From Xylographa opegraphella (lineage: Eukaryota): 64,000 bases of DNA. The notes beneath the pieces are model-generated. The model made no database searches. It was not told the DNA's origin and was given only the letters and a program-made list of their open reading frames with translations. The stretch spans positions 1 through 64,000 of the forward strand of contig JALDZX010000072.1 of NCBI GenBank assembly GCA_022813865.1. Direction: 5' to 3'. A program made the translations under genes and the position numbers. Of this stretch, positions 12,710 to 25,778 are shown in pieces; within the stretch, counting starts at the first letter, position 1; each line of letters starts with the position of its first letter.

Positions 12710-14175
12710 ATGATGGACGACAATCAGAGCTTGCCTACAAGTGAGGCGCAATCCAATACGAGCACCATGATTGACCGAGAAGCCAGAAGAGCCGCGGCCA
12801 TTACTAAGATTGAGGATATCATTTGTTCATTGGTGCATGATCTCGTTAATGGACGCAGACTATCCATGCCGCTCAAGACAAGAAAACAGAAGCCAGTGGG
12901 TGCAGATACTGGAAGTCCAAGGATGCTGTGCTTCCCTGGTAGGACAGACACGGAGGCTTGGCGATTTGGTTGGTTCGGCGATTCTCTATCCTGGGTCAAC
13001 ACTGATACTCTACTCAGCTGTAGTTCTACGTATTCTATCAATTGTTTATGAAGCTCTAGTTGACAATAAAATCATTACCAAAAGGTTTGTCATGCTAAGC
13101 TGATGTGCTGCTCTTCCGAGCTAACATTTCGTTGTATCCGTTTCTTCTAGGGCCATTTTTTACCAAGATCCTGAACTCTTCTCAAAGCAAGGCGTGGTTG
13201 ACCGACTGGTCGACGACATTGCATTCATGTTTGGAATGCAAAGATTTGATCTCAACGTGGTCAGTCTTTGGTCTCCTTTCATGTATCATATGCCTCTAAT
13301 CTGTTGGCAAAGATTGCAGGGGCGAAAGGTCTTGTAGCTGGAGCGTTCAGTATTATACACTCGAATGGAAGCATCCTGGATATAAGTGCAATGCTTGAAG
13401 TTATTCCTTATTACTGCCAGCTTACAGGCAGTCGGCTGAGCTATCAAGGGAACCCTGGTTTCGAATCTCCGCGACTCTGATCGGCTAGACATATCTAACA
13501 TTGCCTGGATCCTGGTTATCGAGAAAGAGGTAAGCTCGCATGCTGGTCTAGCTTCGCACAGGACGTCCTCATATAAATAGGCAACGTTTTGTTCACTCGC
13601 TTCCCCGCTGTTCTATCGTGATTGTGGTATAGGTGACGGTATCATCATTACTGTAAGTCCGGTACTCAGCAGGATATGGCCATAGCAGTCAACTAATCCC
13701 CCAGCAGGGCAAAGGAAGCCCCGACATCTCGAGTCGCAAATTCCTCCGTCGCCTCTCCGAGGCCCACATCGTAACTAGCACCCCGCCTCCAATCTTCTGC
13801 CTTGCAGACTTCGACCCGTACGGTCTCCAAATCGTATCCACATACAAATACGGTTCCAAAGCCCTGGCCCATGAGAACGCGGAGCTCGTCGTGCCTACGC
13901 TTCGGTGGCTCGGTCTCAAGAGCAAGGACCTACCCACGGACGAGACATCGGCCGATGAGTCCGGCTTGATGCCGTTGACCAGTCGTGACCGGAAGATGGC
14001 AATGCAGATGCTGGGCCGACGTGCTTTTGCGGAAGACGTGGAACTGGAGTGGAGGAAGGAGCTGCAAGCCATGTTGATGCTGGACATGAAAGCGGAGATC
14101 CAACTCTTGGATCGCAGAGAAGGCGGACTGGTAACTTGGCTGAAAGCGGCGATCGGTGAGGGAGTGGGCAGGTGA
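12710..14175 (+). CDS. SPO11: meiotic recombination protein Spo11 (topoisomerase VI subunit A family); about 7 exons; start uncertain
   Basis: Manual splicing gives IITKRAIFYQDPELF (catalytic Tyr), KGLVAG, WILVIEKEATF, TGKGSPD, ADFDPYGLQI (DxD) and KAEIQ. Confidence 0.9.
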
Positions 14176-14640
14176 TGGGTATGAAGACGGCCGGTTTCTC
14201 CATCGAGGAGCGGGGATTGAACAGTTGTACATTCCTTGTCTGCGGATGACAGTTGCGGCACAAAATCTGGGTCTGATGTCCAGCCCCCTGCCCCCGCTGC
14301 GCAGATTTCCCTCTCTAGGACTTACGAGAATTGTACCGAGGCATTCGTGTTCTCTACAGCCAGTAAAGCACCCACGCGAAGTAAACACACGACCGTCAAA
14401 CAGTCAATGCCCCTCCTGGCCCCTTTCTTCCAGATCCCACCCGACCCAGCCCTTCGTAACAACACGCCCTCCAGATCAAGCCAGCCCGCGCGCCCGCTAC
14501 GAAGGATACGAAGGATACGAAGTAAGGCCTCCATACCATACTATCCATCCAACACGTCCCCCTCCCCTCCTCGACCCAAGCATTCCCAAACCCGCCATGA
14601 ACGGCCTCCCTTATCGCAAAAGCCTCTCCCACTCGCTCAT

Positions 14641-14675
14641 GCACGAAGCACGAAGCACGAAGCACGAAGCACGAA
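14641..14675 (+). repeat. (GCACGAA)5 microsatellite in the convergent SPO11/VPS9 intergenic region
   Basis: directly visible. Confidence 0.9.
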
Positions 14676-15233
14676 GTATACATACATACACACGCCGCGG
14701 ACAACGGGGTCTTAGAGCGCGCGGTGTTGGGTTTGGGAGAGAATTGAAAGGGAGGGATGGAGAAGGGGGAGAGGGGGGGTGCTTTGAAATCCGTTCGAAC
14801 ATCATGTATTATGATATAAGATAAAATAATATATAAGATAATATATAAGATAATAAAGATAACCCACCAATGCAAAAAGACGTGCCGTGGACCGTAGTGC
14901 TCCCCGAACAAGCGAGTCCGGGGGTAAGGGGGTGCGAATCTCTATATGCCACCGCCACCATCGCCGCCACCGCCGCGAATCTCCCCTTCCCTTGAAAGCG
15001 CGATGAGAAAAAAAAACGCAAAGTATAGGAAACCCCGCCGGCACCGCGCCAGACTTCTACAGCCTCCCCTCCCCTGTGGACGAAACACCTTCCCGCCTTT
15101 CCGCACCGTCTATCGACCCCCTTCCTCACCCCAGCACCTAAAAAAGCCACCAGGCCAATAGACCCCCCTCCTCCCCACCCCCCCACAACAACACAAAACA
15201 ACAACAACGCAAACGCAAAAATATAAAAGCCCC

Positions 15234-18200
15234 CTACCACCCCCTCCCCAAATCCCCATTCTCCCTCAAAAACGCCTTCGCATCCCCATCGCCCGCATTA
15301 GCCGCAACCTCCATCCAATGAAACGCGACAGCGAAAGCCATGGGATCCAAGCCTCCACGCACCAAGCCGTCCTGCCTGCCGCCACCGCCGCCGCCGCCGG
15401 CGCCGGCAGCCGTGGCCGCGGAGCGGAAGACCTCCGCGGGCCGCGCAAAGGGCAGCGTCACGCGGCGGACGAGCTCCGGGTGCGTGAGGTGGAAGAGGGC
15501 GAGCTCGCGCGCGGCGGGGGGGTCGCCCTCGAGCGCGGAGAGCGTGTACAGGCGTGCGGCGTCGGCGAGGGTGGTGGTGCGGAGGGAGGGGTCCGAGGCG
15601 AGGGAGGAGGGGAGCGGGGGTGAGTCGCCGAGCGAGGGGCGGCGTGGCTCCGTGGCTGGGGTGGGGTTGTTGTCGCGCGCCGGGTGGGAGGAGTAGTGGT
15701 GGGCGACGATGCGGTTGGCGCGCTGGGTGGTTTGCGCCGCGAGCGTGGCTTTGAGGGTTATGGCTGCGAGGCCGAAGGTCCAGAAGGCGGTGCCGAGCGG
15801 GGTGGCGTCGAGCGTGGAGGCGGGGACGAAGGTGGCGATGTATTGGAGATCGCGGAAGAGGGTGGGAGGGTAAAGAGCTGGGTCGCGGAGCATGGACTGG
15901 AGGATTGGGAGGACATTAGGGTCGGCCCGCGGGGATCTAGAGAGTCGAGAGCGCCGGGAGTGGCGGGTGTCGGTATTGGTGGAGAGAGAGCTGGACTTGA
16001 TACTCTGTAGCCGTCGCTCCTCGCAATTGGCTAGGACCTCCTCCAATCGTGTGAGCCGGGTTCTCGGTATGTTCAAAGTCTTGATGCTGGGAGACAGCGG
16101 AGATTCGTTAGTAGTAGGATTGATCTCCGTTGAGGTATATGAGGCAGGCTGCGGTTTTTGGATGAGGTCCGGCTCCTGAGACATTGCAATGAGGCTCGTA
16201 ATCTCATACAATGATCGAAGCTTATCTTGAGGATTGGTTGATAACCTTAATTTTCTGAAGAGTTGTACATACGCCTCATTGAATGAGAAAGCTGGGTTCT
16301 TCGATCGCGGTTGGACGCTGTTACCCGTCTCGCCCTGGCCACAATCGGGATTTCTCTCGATTAGCACCTCATTCACAATCGTAGCAGGCGGTTGACCCGT
16401 CTCTACTCGTTCGCCAGATGACGTTGAATCAGCCGTTGGCGTTACCTCTACCGAGGACGTCACAGCTACATTCGGCGAAGCGCTGTGCAAACCAGACTGC
16501 TCACAACCTCGTCTCTCATTTATCCAGCGGTCTGTTTCGCTGCCGTCATTCCACAACATTGGGCCGAGCTCGCTCAGAAGGAGACTTGTGACTTTGTTCT
16601 TGAGTGTGATCAGGAACTGTTGTTTGTGTGTCGGAGCGATCGGATCAAGTGAATGTAGTGGATTCACCGACTGGAAAGTTGGCGAAAGCGGGCTTGGAGG
16701 TAAGATCGGATTTGTTCTATAACCTTCAACAGAACTGTACGCTTGAAAGATTCCAGACCGATCGTTGCTGGGAGCGTTACTGGGACTAAGGCCACTCAGG
16801 CTCGAGTAGTACGAGTCCCCCATGTTATTGTGATGCAAATTTGGCAGCATAACCCGGGATGAGTCTGGGATATATGGTATAGTCTGGATAGGAGTGTAGA
16901 GCGAGCCTTGATTGACGTTGCGCTTCCAAGACTGGTATCTGTTGCCCGGCCGGATTGCGGGCTGGCCATGTCCCACACCGTAGTGTTGTTTTTCGTGCTG
17001 GTACAAAACGCTTGACCAAAGGACAGGACTGTCTAGTAAACTTTCCCCAACGAGTTTGTTCACGCATTTCTGTATTTCCAGGCAAAAGCGATGGATCCTT
17101 TCTTCACCTTTGCAAAAATTCTCAATACTATGCCGGGTCAGCCATCTCGAGGTCAATTCGACCTGCTCATCAGACATCTTGGCGGGACCACCACATTCCT
17201 TAGGTGCCGAAAGGACTTCAAGAATCTGTTGTTGAGCGCGGTCCGATCCGGTTGATGATCGTAGTCGCTGTCGAGCCCAAGCTGCCATACCGGAGGTTTT
17301 TGTCTGTGCTGACTTCGCCATACTCCTCAGAGCGCATGTGACGTTCATGGCATCCTGGTAATTGGACGAGTACTTGATACCAGATGAGTACCACATCTTG
17401 TCTCTAAGTCCACGGCATTGGTTAGCAATGTTCTCGAGGTCCTGGTTATAAGTCATCTGACGTTTCCGTAACGCAGCACACCACTCCTCATAATGTGCAA
17501 TGGCCTTCCGACTGGTCTCAATTCTTGTCTTGCATATGGCGAAGAGATCTGCAAACCAAAGCTCGCGAGACATTGGACCAAGGTCTCCAAGCACTTGAAT
17601 GCATATCCACCAAAAATGGGCTGTCTGATAATCATATGACGCCTCGGAATGAGCCATATTTTCACGAAATCGGGTTTCTAGTTGATCATTACCATCCACC
17701 TGCGTATCTCCAGGTAGATTGTGCAACATCGCGTCCGATTGGCTTAGTCTTACAAGCCCCTCAACAAGGTATTCGAGGTGTTCTTGAGAAGGTAAACGAG
17801 GCTCTAGATCATGTTTTGCCAGTGCTTCCAGAGAAAACTTGGCGTTACTCAACTCTTTATCTAGCGGATCCATATCAAGCGATAAGCCCTTGTCTTGGTC
17901 CTTAATATGGAGCACGAGAAGATCTTCTGCACGACTACTTGGAACCACTGTGGAAGAATCCGGGAAAACAACTAATCTGGACAATTCCTGGATCATAACA
18001 TCCATCTGATGCTCATCGACCAGAAAAGACTCATCATCGACTTCGTAATTGGGCTGGCTGAAGAGGAAGCTTTCGCGTTGTAGTCCGTCGGAGCATGTAT
18101 CACCAAAGCTCCCGAGATACATCTGAGTAGAAGAGCCGTCACTAGTCATCGATGTTCCGCCCTCACTGACTGCTGTTGACGAAGCAGTACCTGTCCGAGG

Positions 18201-20339
18201 TTCGTCGGTACCCGAGGTTAGTGTTGACGAACCAGTAATAGAGGAAGGTTTCGACATAATAGGTCCATCAAAGAATCCCCTCGGTGGCATTTGTGAAGCA
18301 CTTCTCGGGTGGAGGGCATCCAAAATAACCAAAACATCTTTCATACTCAGAGTGAGATACAGCTTCTTATTAGTTGTTGGCCGTTCAATGGTACATAGCT
18401 TGTTTTGTCTGTCAATGGCATCTGTGGTGTCAAAAAGTCCTAATAGTTTTACAATGTCTCCACTGGCTTTTTCCACGTCCGTTGTTGGGGTTTTCCTAAA
18501 CATTTTAGCAAAGCCGCATGTCCACCAGTAGATAATTTAGTCTTTGAGACATACCAAGGGGAAAGTACATCAAAGACGATTCTCTGAAAGCGTGCAGCGA
18601 GCTCGTGGAAAATCTTCTGCCTGACGTCCTTACTAACGTGACATTCCATCATGATGCCAATACTCTGACCGTGTTATTTTATGAAGTGTAGACCAGGAAT
18701 AACATGAATCACGTACCTCGGGATATATCAGCGCGTTTGAAATGTAGGATGTGCAGTACCAACGGATAAAGAATTTCTGTGCTTTGGTCCTCTTCGCTGC
18801 ATCTTTTATCTTGATCAGAGTTGCGTGGATCAAGTCAAGAACGGCCTTGGGTATAGCATTCTCGGCCAGTCCATCGGTTAGTAGCTGGATCAAGGTCTTC
18901 AGTGCATTTTCGAAGAATCCTGTGACTTTTGCGGCTCTCGAACTTTCACTTGTCTCCGTTGGTTTCGTGAAATCAACTACTAGGTTGGCTGAAGGTTCAA
19001 GAAGAAAGGTACCGGATTGCATCAGCTCCGTTGAAAATGTCTCCAGTTGAGGTTTCATAGGCCAGGAACCCATACCGGCAAAGACATCCAGAATGGCCAA
19101 ACAGAACTCATCCGAATCGGCTTTACCTTCTTCCACTATTTGTGCGCAGACCGTCGACCAGACATCACATTGAAGAGACCTCTCCATTAAACTTGGATCA
19201 TCAGAAGTCTGAAACACACCGTTGATTAGCAAGAAAAGTGCATCAGGTTCGAGATCACCGAGTAGTTCTAAGTCATCCTTGGACTTGGTTGGAATGATAT
19301 ATGAATTTCCCCTGACAGAGCCGCTCCCGGTAGGATTCCGGAGGACTGATTCCGTGGCCGCTGTCTGGCGATGAGGGTACGCCAGGTTGGTCAGATGGGC
19401 CGAAGGCACTTTGGTCAGGTACCTCGCCAGAAATTTCGGGTCAGACCTCATCCCAGTGATCACATGGATGATACCTCGCTGGACCTCTGGAGACACTCTA
19501 TGTAGCCAAGAACTTTGTCGGCCGGGAAAAGGCGCCAACGGATTGTAACCACCAATATCAACTCTCCTAGAAAGGTAATGAGGATAACTCTGTGACTCCT
19601 GAAGCTGTATGGCTTGAGAATACAATGAAGCGAAAGTAGCACTATTGTCTGCCTTTAGACAATTAAGCATCATTCGGTACAAGCGCAGCTGTCGTGACAT
19701 GAGACGCTTGGTAACATGGCACACCGACATCAGGTCCTGGACCTGGTTTTGTAGACCTTCGAAACGACCGCTCTCATAAGCATCTTCGCGCAATATTTGG
19801 ATGAGACCAGGGAGGATGACCTTGGAGCTGGAACTGATGGGAGTCGAAGCCGGTACCGCCGGAGTGGCATGTTCTCCAGCAGATGGTAGTCCTGGACTGT
19901 TCGCAGCAGTTTCGGTCTTGATATCCTCATTTGCCTTAGCTTGTGCCTTTTGCTGTCCTACGTCAGTTGCTCCTAGAGGAACGCCTGGTCTTTCGGGGGT
20001 CTCAGCAAGCATGGGAACGTCAGAGTCGCCATATTCTGATCCAGCAACCGAAGGCGGTAATGGTATCCTCAGCTCATCTGGGGCATCGAGTGCTGTATGA
20101 TCAATGATGGCGACGGACGTGGGAGAGACCCATTCGTGGGATTCGAAGATTACAGGTACAATGGTGGACGCGAGAGCTTTCAAGGTCAGCGAAAACTGCA
20201 TGACAAATCCACAAACCTCCGCGCCAACGCTACGGATTCATTCTGATGAAAGCAGAGGCCGCTTAATGCGATATGCAGAACTCGAAAACGTACAAGACAT
20301 GCTGCGTGTGTGCCCGTGCGGGCGATAACCCGGGTCCAT
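15234..20339 (-). CDS. large VPS9-domain protein (Rab GEF) with possible RasGAP-like N-terminal region and Sel1-like C-terminal repeats; 4 exons
   Basis: ORFs 18633-20201, 18449-18652 and 15234-18503 are joined by canonical introns. A short first exon MDPGYRPHGHTRSMS precedes intron 20177-20293. Motifs PTLFRDLQYIATFVP, TAFWTFGLAA, NFCKGEERIHRFCLEIQ and HWMEVAANAGD. Confidence 0.7.
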
Positions 20340-22086
20340 CGACCTTATCGTTACCGCAGAGTTCCTGTTGAATCCACAGTCCGCAGGCGGCGCCTCCGTC
20401 TTCTCAACATGGCATCATTCGCCCCGGGCTTCGAAGATGGAAGTGGTGGCAATGCGCGGTCGAGTGTGCGGTAGCTGTCTGGCTGGCGGGGTGAGGAAGG
20501 GAGGTGGACTCCTAAAGGCATAGCATGAGGCGCGCAATCCGGTATGATATCGCAAGAGATGGATGATGCTCTCTTGGATGGCAATCAGTCTGATCTGTGC
20601 GATGGGGAGAAAGGCACCAGGGTTTCGCGGCGACGAGGATTGCGCCTGGTGGTCACGCATCACTCTCTCTTGCAGCACCCACCTCATGGGGACGGGGACA
20701 GGCAAAGTGGAGCTAATGCGTTAGTCAAGCCGATGCACGGACTCGGCCAACGGACAGTCGAGGATCGGCGTCGGACCAATCAACGGCCCGCTGGCCACGC
20801 TACGGGTAAAGCAGGGGGTGGCTTTACCAGCGGACATGCCACTCTTGCCCTTCCAGCATTCTGCTGTCGACAACAAGATCCTGAGTCCTGACACGTCGAA
20901 CCAAGCACGTCGCACACTCTCGCCGACCGCCCCCCTCCCGCCCATGCGTGGTGGCCTCGGGAATCGCCAGGGAGTGTAGCCCGGTGGTTGGATCGGTTGA
21001 CGCCATCCCATCCTAACACCCGTCATCCGCAACCCCCCCCCACCCCGACCCCCGACACCATCCCTATTCCCGCTGCAACCACAGCCACCTCATCTGATCA
21101 TTGGCGGAGGTGACGAAACCACATCGGAAACCTGCTATGCTCCACGTCTCGTAGATCATCCGGGCGGTGTTCCGCGTGGAATGGGTTTGCTAGCGGTGCA
21201 GCTGCTACGCTGTGCCCTCGCCAGCGCCCGGGAGCGTATGGGAGCGCTCCATCGCCAAAGCGTGCATGCAGCCTATCATAGGTGATGAGTTGGCTGTGCA
21301 TATCTCATGTTTGGATGTGGCAGTCCCGCCCAGTCTTGATGGAAGCTGCCTCGTAACCCGCCCACCGGGGGCTGCTTCAGTTGCTTGGCTCGTACCATGG
21401 GAGAAGTTGTCACGGTGCAGGCAGATGACGAGGCGATGCGGGTGCGACTCGGCAAGAATAATCGTTTTGTGCGAGAATGCTTTAGGGTTTGTCCGCTCGC
21501 TAAGCCTGTTCTGATGCAATGCACGGGGGGTGATTGGTGCGCTTGCGATACTCCTTTAGCCCTATCGAGTATTACCGAGACAATATGTACTCCTTAAAAC
21601 TCACGACATCAGACTTTGCGAAGGCTGCTCCTGGTGCATGGTATTGGGAAGCATTCTGCATACGCCGTGCGTCTCCCACTGTTGTGTCGTCTACCTCGAC
21701 GGGCGAAGAAGCGTTCACGTAGCACTCTCACAAGGTTCATGTTTCGGAACCGACGCTATCATTATTCGTTAGATCATCTCACCGTTTCATCAAGTCGTAA
21801 AGTCGCCGATATCCAATCGCCGGAGCTAAAAAATGTAACGTTTGCTGTATCCCCATGCCAGTGCTGTTCGTCCTTGCTACCATGATAAATCCTCCTCCTG
21901 CGCGACTGAAGCATGGACGAGCTCTGCAGCTGCAGTAAGCCCATGGTAACCAGGATCCCGAATCGACCCACAAGCTCAATGTAGCGTGAGGCGCCCTCCT
22001 GCCCGAACCTCGTCGAGCACACCGAGACCGAGTCGTCCCTCTCATGGTCCGCCGTTTCTGTCGAAATCTCTTCATGTCCTGCGAAC

Positions 22087-22956
22087 TCAGCCCTCCACTC
22101 GTGCCAGCGCCCGGAGATGCCTCACCGCCAAACTCCCCTGGTCTCTTTCCCCTCCCTCAGCACCCCCAACGACTCCCGTCGCTTGCCCCTCACTGATCCT
22201 CGCCACCGCCCTCCCGACTCCAACCCGTCTCGTTCCCCCTCGCCAATCCCTCGGCCCCCTCCCCTCGCCATCCTCCGCACTCGCGCTCGCCTCCAAGCTC
22301 CCATGCCCCAAGCTTTCCGCCGACTCATCCACGACCTCCAGTGTCCTCGGCTCCCCCCCACCCAGCTCTGTCCTCCCGGTGTCCCCGCTCTCCCCAAAAA
22401 GCCGCTCGCCATGCGGAGGCAGATGACTCCCATACTCATTTGCCAGACTGAGCTTACTCCGTCCGCAGATCTCGGCAATGCTGTCGATTTCCGCCTTGAC
22501 ATCCTGATCGATTGATGCAAGGATGTCGGCGAACGAGAAGGCGGACAGAGGTGGGAGGGCGTGTGATGGACTCCGCGATGAAGCTTTCGAGGCGGGATAA
22601 TGTAGGTGTTTGGACGCCCGAGGGCTGTTGGCGGTGGCCATGGTAGGGAATGGGGACGGGTTGACGAGGATGGGGGCGGAGGTACTGGTAGAGGCCGCTG
22701 TGGCGGAGTGCGGGCGGCGAGCGGTCGGCGTGGAGGTGCGTGGCGTGGAGGGCGAGAGCCGATGCTCTTTCGAAGGGCCACCGCGAGGGGTTGGCCTGGA
22801 GGGTGTAGTGCCCGAGGGCGTGCCTGCAGAAGTACTCCCGCCCTCGCCCTCCTCCCTCACGGCAGTCCTCTCTTCGACGCCAGCGACGTGGCCGTCCTGC
22901 ACGGCTTCTGCATGCTCGGCCGCGGGGTCGAGCCGGCTCTTACCCTCTCGCACCAT
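22087..22956 (-). CDS. conserved fungal hypothetical protein (low complexity with one conserved block)
   Basis: Open frame containing FSFADILASID...IDSIAEICGRSKLSLANEYGSHLPPHGE; first ATG about 22956. Confidence 0.6.
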   Translation of the reverse strand: MVREGKSRLDPAAEHAEAVQDGHVAGVEERTAVREEGEGGSTSAGTPSGTTPSRPTPRGGPSKEHRLSPSTPRTSTPTARRPHSATAASTSTSAPILVNPSPFPTMATANSPRASKHLHYPASKASSRSPSHALPPLSAFSFADILASIDQDVKAEIDSIAEICGRSKLSLANEYGSHLPPHGERLFGESGDTGRTELGGGEPRTLEVVDESAESLGHGSLEASASAEDGEGRGPRDWRGGTRRVGVGRAVARISEGQATGVVGGAEGGERDQGSLAVRHLRALARVEG

Positions 22957-23551
22957 GGCCGTGCTGAAGCAACCAGGCACGTATTCAGATTGGCTCTCGG
23001 AGGCCGTGAGCGCATGCGTCTAGCCAGTATCGTGCGCCGACAGCGTGCTCTGACGTGGGGATCAGCTTGCACAGACCCGCGGGACGAGGATTGTGCGCTG
23101 GCAGCTGAGCGTGAATGCAGTGGTGGGCTGGAACCAATGGTGGGGTTGAGGGGATGCGGCGACCAGGTTCGGTCCTGGCAACGACCTGGCAACTCGCATG
23201 AAGATTCGGTCAGGTGACTGGAGATGGAGCAATCAGTGCTCGAGGAACGAGAAACGAAGATGGCCTTCAACCTGCATCTATCGGCTCATCCCTGCCCGGG
23301 TGCAAGTGCCAAAAAGTTTATCCCCACGAGTGCAGCAGCTACGGCCAAGAAGGAAGCTTGATGAGCTGATCGTGCTTCTACTAAAAATACTAGACCAGCC
23401 GGCCTCGGCAGTAAAGACTGACAGATGTCGAGCTGACCGGAGATCCTACCACTCTTATCATCCCTAATCTAAAACTCGACGCCAGACAAATAATTCCCCA
23501 GCAAAGCAATAGCAGAACTCCCGGATCACAGTCGTCAACAGATTCCATGTA

Positions 23552-25211
23552 TTACACAACTTCGCCCAACCGTGGCGCACCACCTTCCCAGTCCCACCTT
23601 TCGTAATACCGGAAAACTAATTCATAGCCCTCCAGATCGTGGACAATGCGATCCACCCTGCGATAACCCTTGATGGACTCCATCCTAGCATTCTTCCTGG
23701 CGGCCTGGCGTTCTGCAGCCTTTAGCTCGGTCAAAGCATCCAAATCGTTCGCGTCCCATATCTCTGGCGGTTTTGCCTCGAAAAGCGTGACGGAGAATCT
23801 GCCCGGTTTGAAAATATTGACCACCTGCTCAATAACATCTGCGGTCTCCTTACCGGTTTGCCGACTCGGTACATTGGTCTCGAATGAGGCATAGCTACAG
23901 TGAGGCTCTGGAGTGACGTGTACGGTGAAATAATGGGTACCGTCGCCTGCGTGCGCGGCAGGAACAACGCCGTTGGCCGAAAATCCACAGGGCGAGAAAA
24001 TATAGGCATCGATACGAGCATCGGGATATTTTGAAGCCGAGTATACATCAGCGAGACCAGAGCACTCCGAAACCACTGTTCCGAGTGCGTGACCTTCAGT
24101 GCTAAGCTCCGAAGGGAACGGATCCTCATCGTCGGATGAGTAAACCTCGCTGCTATCGGAGGAAGTGTTGCTAAAAATATCAAGAGTATCTCCATTGTCG
24201 GTACAGTCTTTTTCATGTATGGTCATATGTTCCAGGTCGCACTCGTTGATGGTCTTCAAATATGTCTGTTTTGCCATTCGAATCTTGTGAGCTCGCTGGA
24301 AATGACGACTTTCTGCGACCGTGCTCGCGTGTTCGAGATAGAACTGTTTAGCATTATCCTCCTCTAGGTCCGTCATTAGCAATTCCAGTGTTTCATCGTG
24401 CTCCCCGTCAACGTTATCAATTTGACCCATTGTCCCGGCTTCTGAAATCGGCAAGTCCAAGATCTTGGTCTCAGTCTCAATTCTATCCGGAGTCGCAGGC
24501 GGAGTAAGTACCGTATTGGGCTCCGTGAGATATAAGTACCAATGTTCGCCGTTCATTTTCCCAATCATATAAGCACTTCCACCCAGGAAGAGTTTATCCA
24601 GAGATTTGACTTCATCTCTCCAGCTGCGATGCGGACCACGTTGGAGGTCGGGAAACAGAAAATTTTTCCGACTATAGAACACCCTATAGGGAGTGGCGGC
24701 CGTGGCAACACTATTGACTGGATTTCCAACCACGTGCGGGAATCCAGCGGCTAAAGCGGCAATTTCGAGTATTCGTGGCAAGCCACTCAGCAATGTCGTA
24801 GTACCACATGTTTTGAGTATGAGCTTGTGCGGAAATACAAACATGCTTGACTCGGATAAGAGGTATGCATCCACTTGCTCGGATTCCACGATTGAAAGTA
24901 CCTGGCAGTTGACCAAATCAAGCATTTCTTTCCAAGTGTCTGAAGACACGATCTTGAGTCCATGTGGCCTTGCAGATGCTGGCAAGCTTGCCGGCGATGC
25001 GCTGAACCATACTTCTAGTAGCTTCTCGGGACCTACTCCAAGAAAGCATTGAGCTTATGTTGATAAGAGTAGTATTTGAAGGGTACATACCTTCGAACAC
25101 ATTCGTAGAGTCAAGATCCTTAGCAACATCACGATTAATGGTCAAATGGGGCGTCCCACTAAAAGAGGACGGAGAAGCTGTATAATGCTTTGGTATATCA
25201 GTATTGACCAT
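23552..25211 (-). CDS. SPE2: S-adenosylmethionine decarboxylase proenzyme; 2 exons (intron about 25033-25090)
   Basis: Spliced FEGPEKLLEVWF, autocleavage site YLLSE/SSMFV, LKTCGTT, FSPCGFSAN and TVHVTPEPHCSYASFE. Confidence 0.95.
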
Positions 25212-25612
25212 CTCCAGACAAGACTACTGGTATCGCGACCGCCTCGAATACTGGTGTACCGTTGTTGTTGGGAATAAACACTATAGATCGTGGGATTTGG
25301 TTCAAGAAACCAGCACGGTTTAGGGCTCAGGTCACCAAGGCGTTTCCCACTAAGAAGTGGATGCCCACAGATGTGGGTAGATGTGGAGGCTGGCTTTTGC
25401 CAGCAGCAGTGTGTTCAGCTATCTTTCCTGGATAGTCGTTATGGGGGTCGAGCAGAGAGCGGAATGAAAAAGATCTTTTGCCAAGGAATGTTGACCGATG
25501 TAGCTGTACCTCGTTCTGAAAGATACCGATACCTGGGAGAAGTATCGGGTCTAGCAGACGAGGTTATCTGCTCTAAAGGTAGGTGGTGGAGAGGGCTTGA
25601 GTGTGGCGGGTG

Positions 25613-25778
25613 TTATCTGGGCCTAAATATCTTGTATATTAGCAAATCTGTTAACAAACGACTGGGAATATCTGGAGCCATATACACCCAGGCAAAGAGA
25701 ATGAATCCACGGTGCGAGTGGTGATGATACATACTTTGCTGGCTTGGAGAGGAAGCGCAGTAAGTCCTTGCGGCTCAT
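25613..25778 (-). promoter_or_regulatory. candidate spliced upstream ORF (MSRKDLLRFLSKPAKPR*) in the SPE2 5' leader; intron 25623-25734
   Basis: ATG at 25778, GTATGT donor, GCTAAT branch and TAG acceptor; no further minus-strand ATG before the SPE2 start at 25211. Confidence 0.6.
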
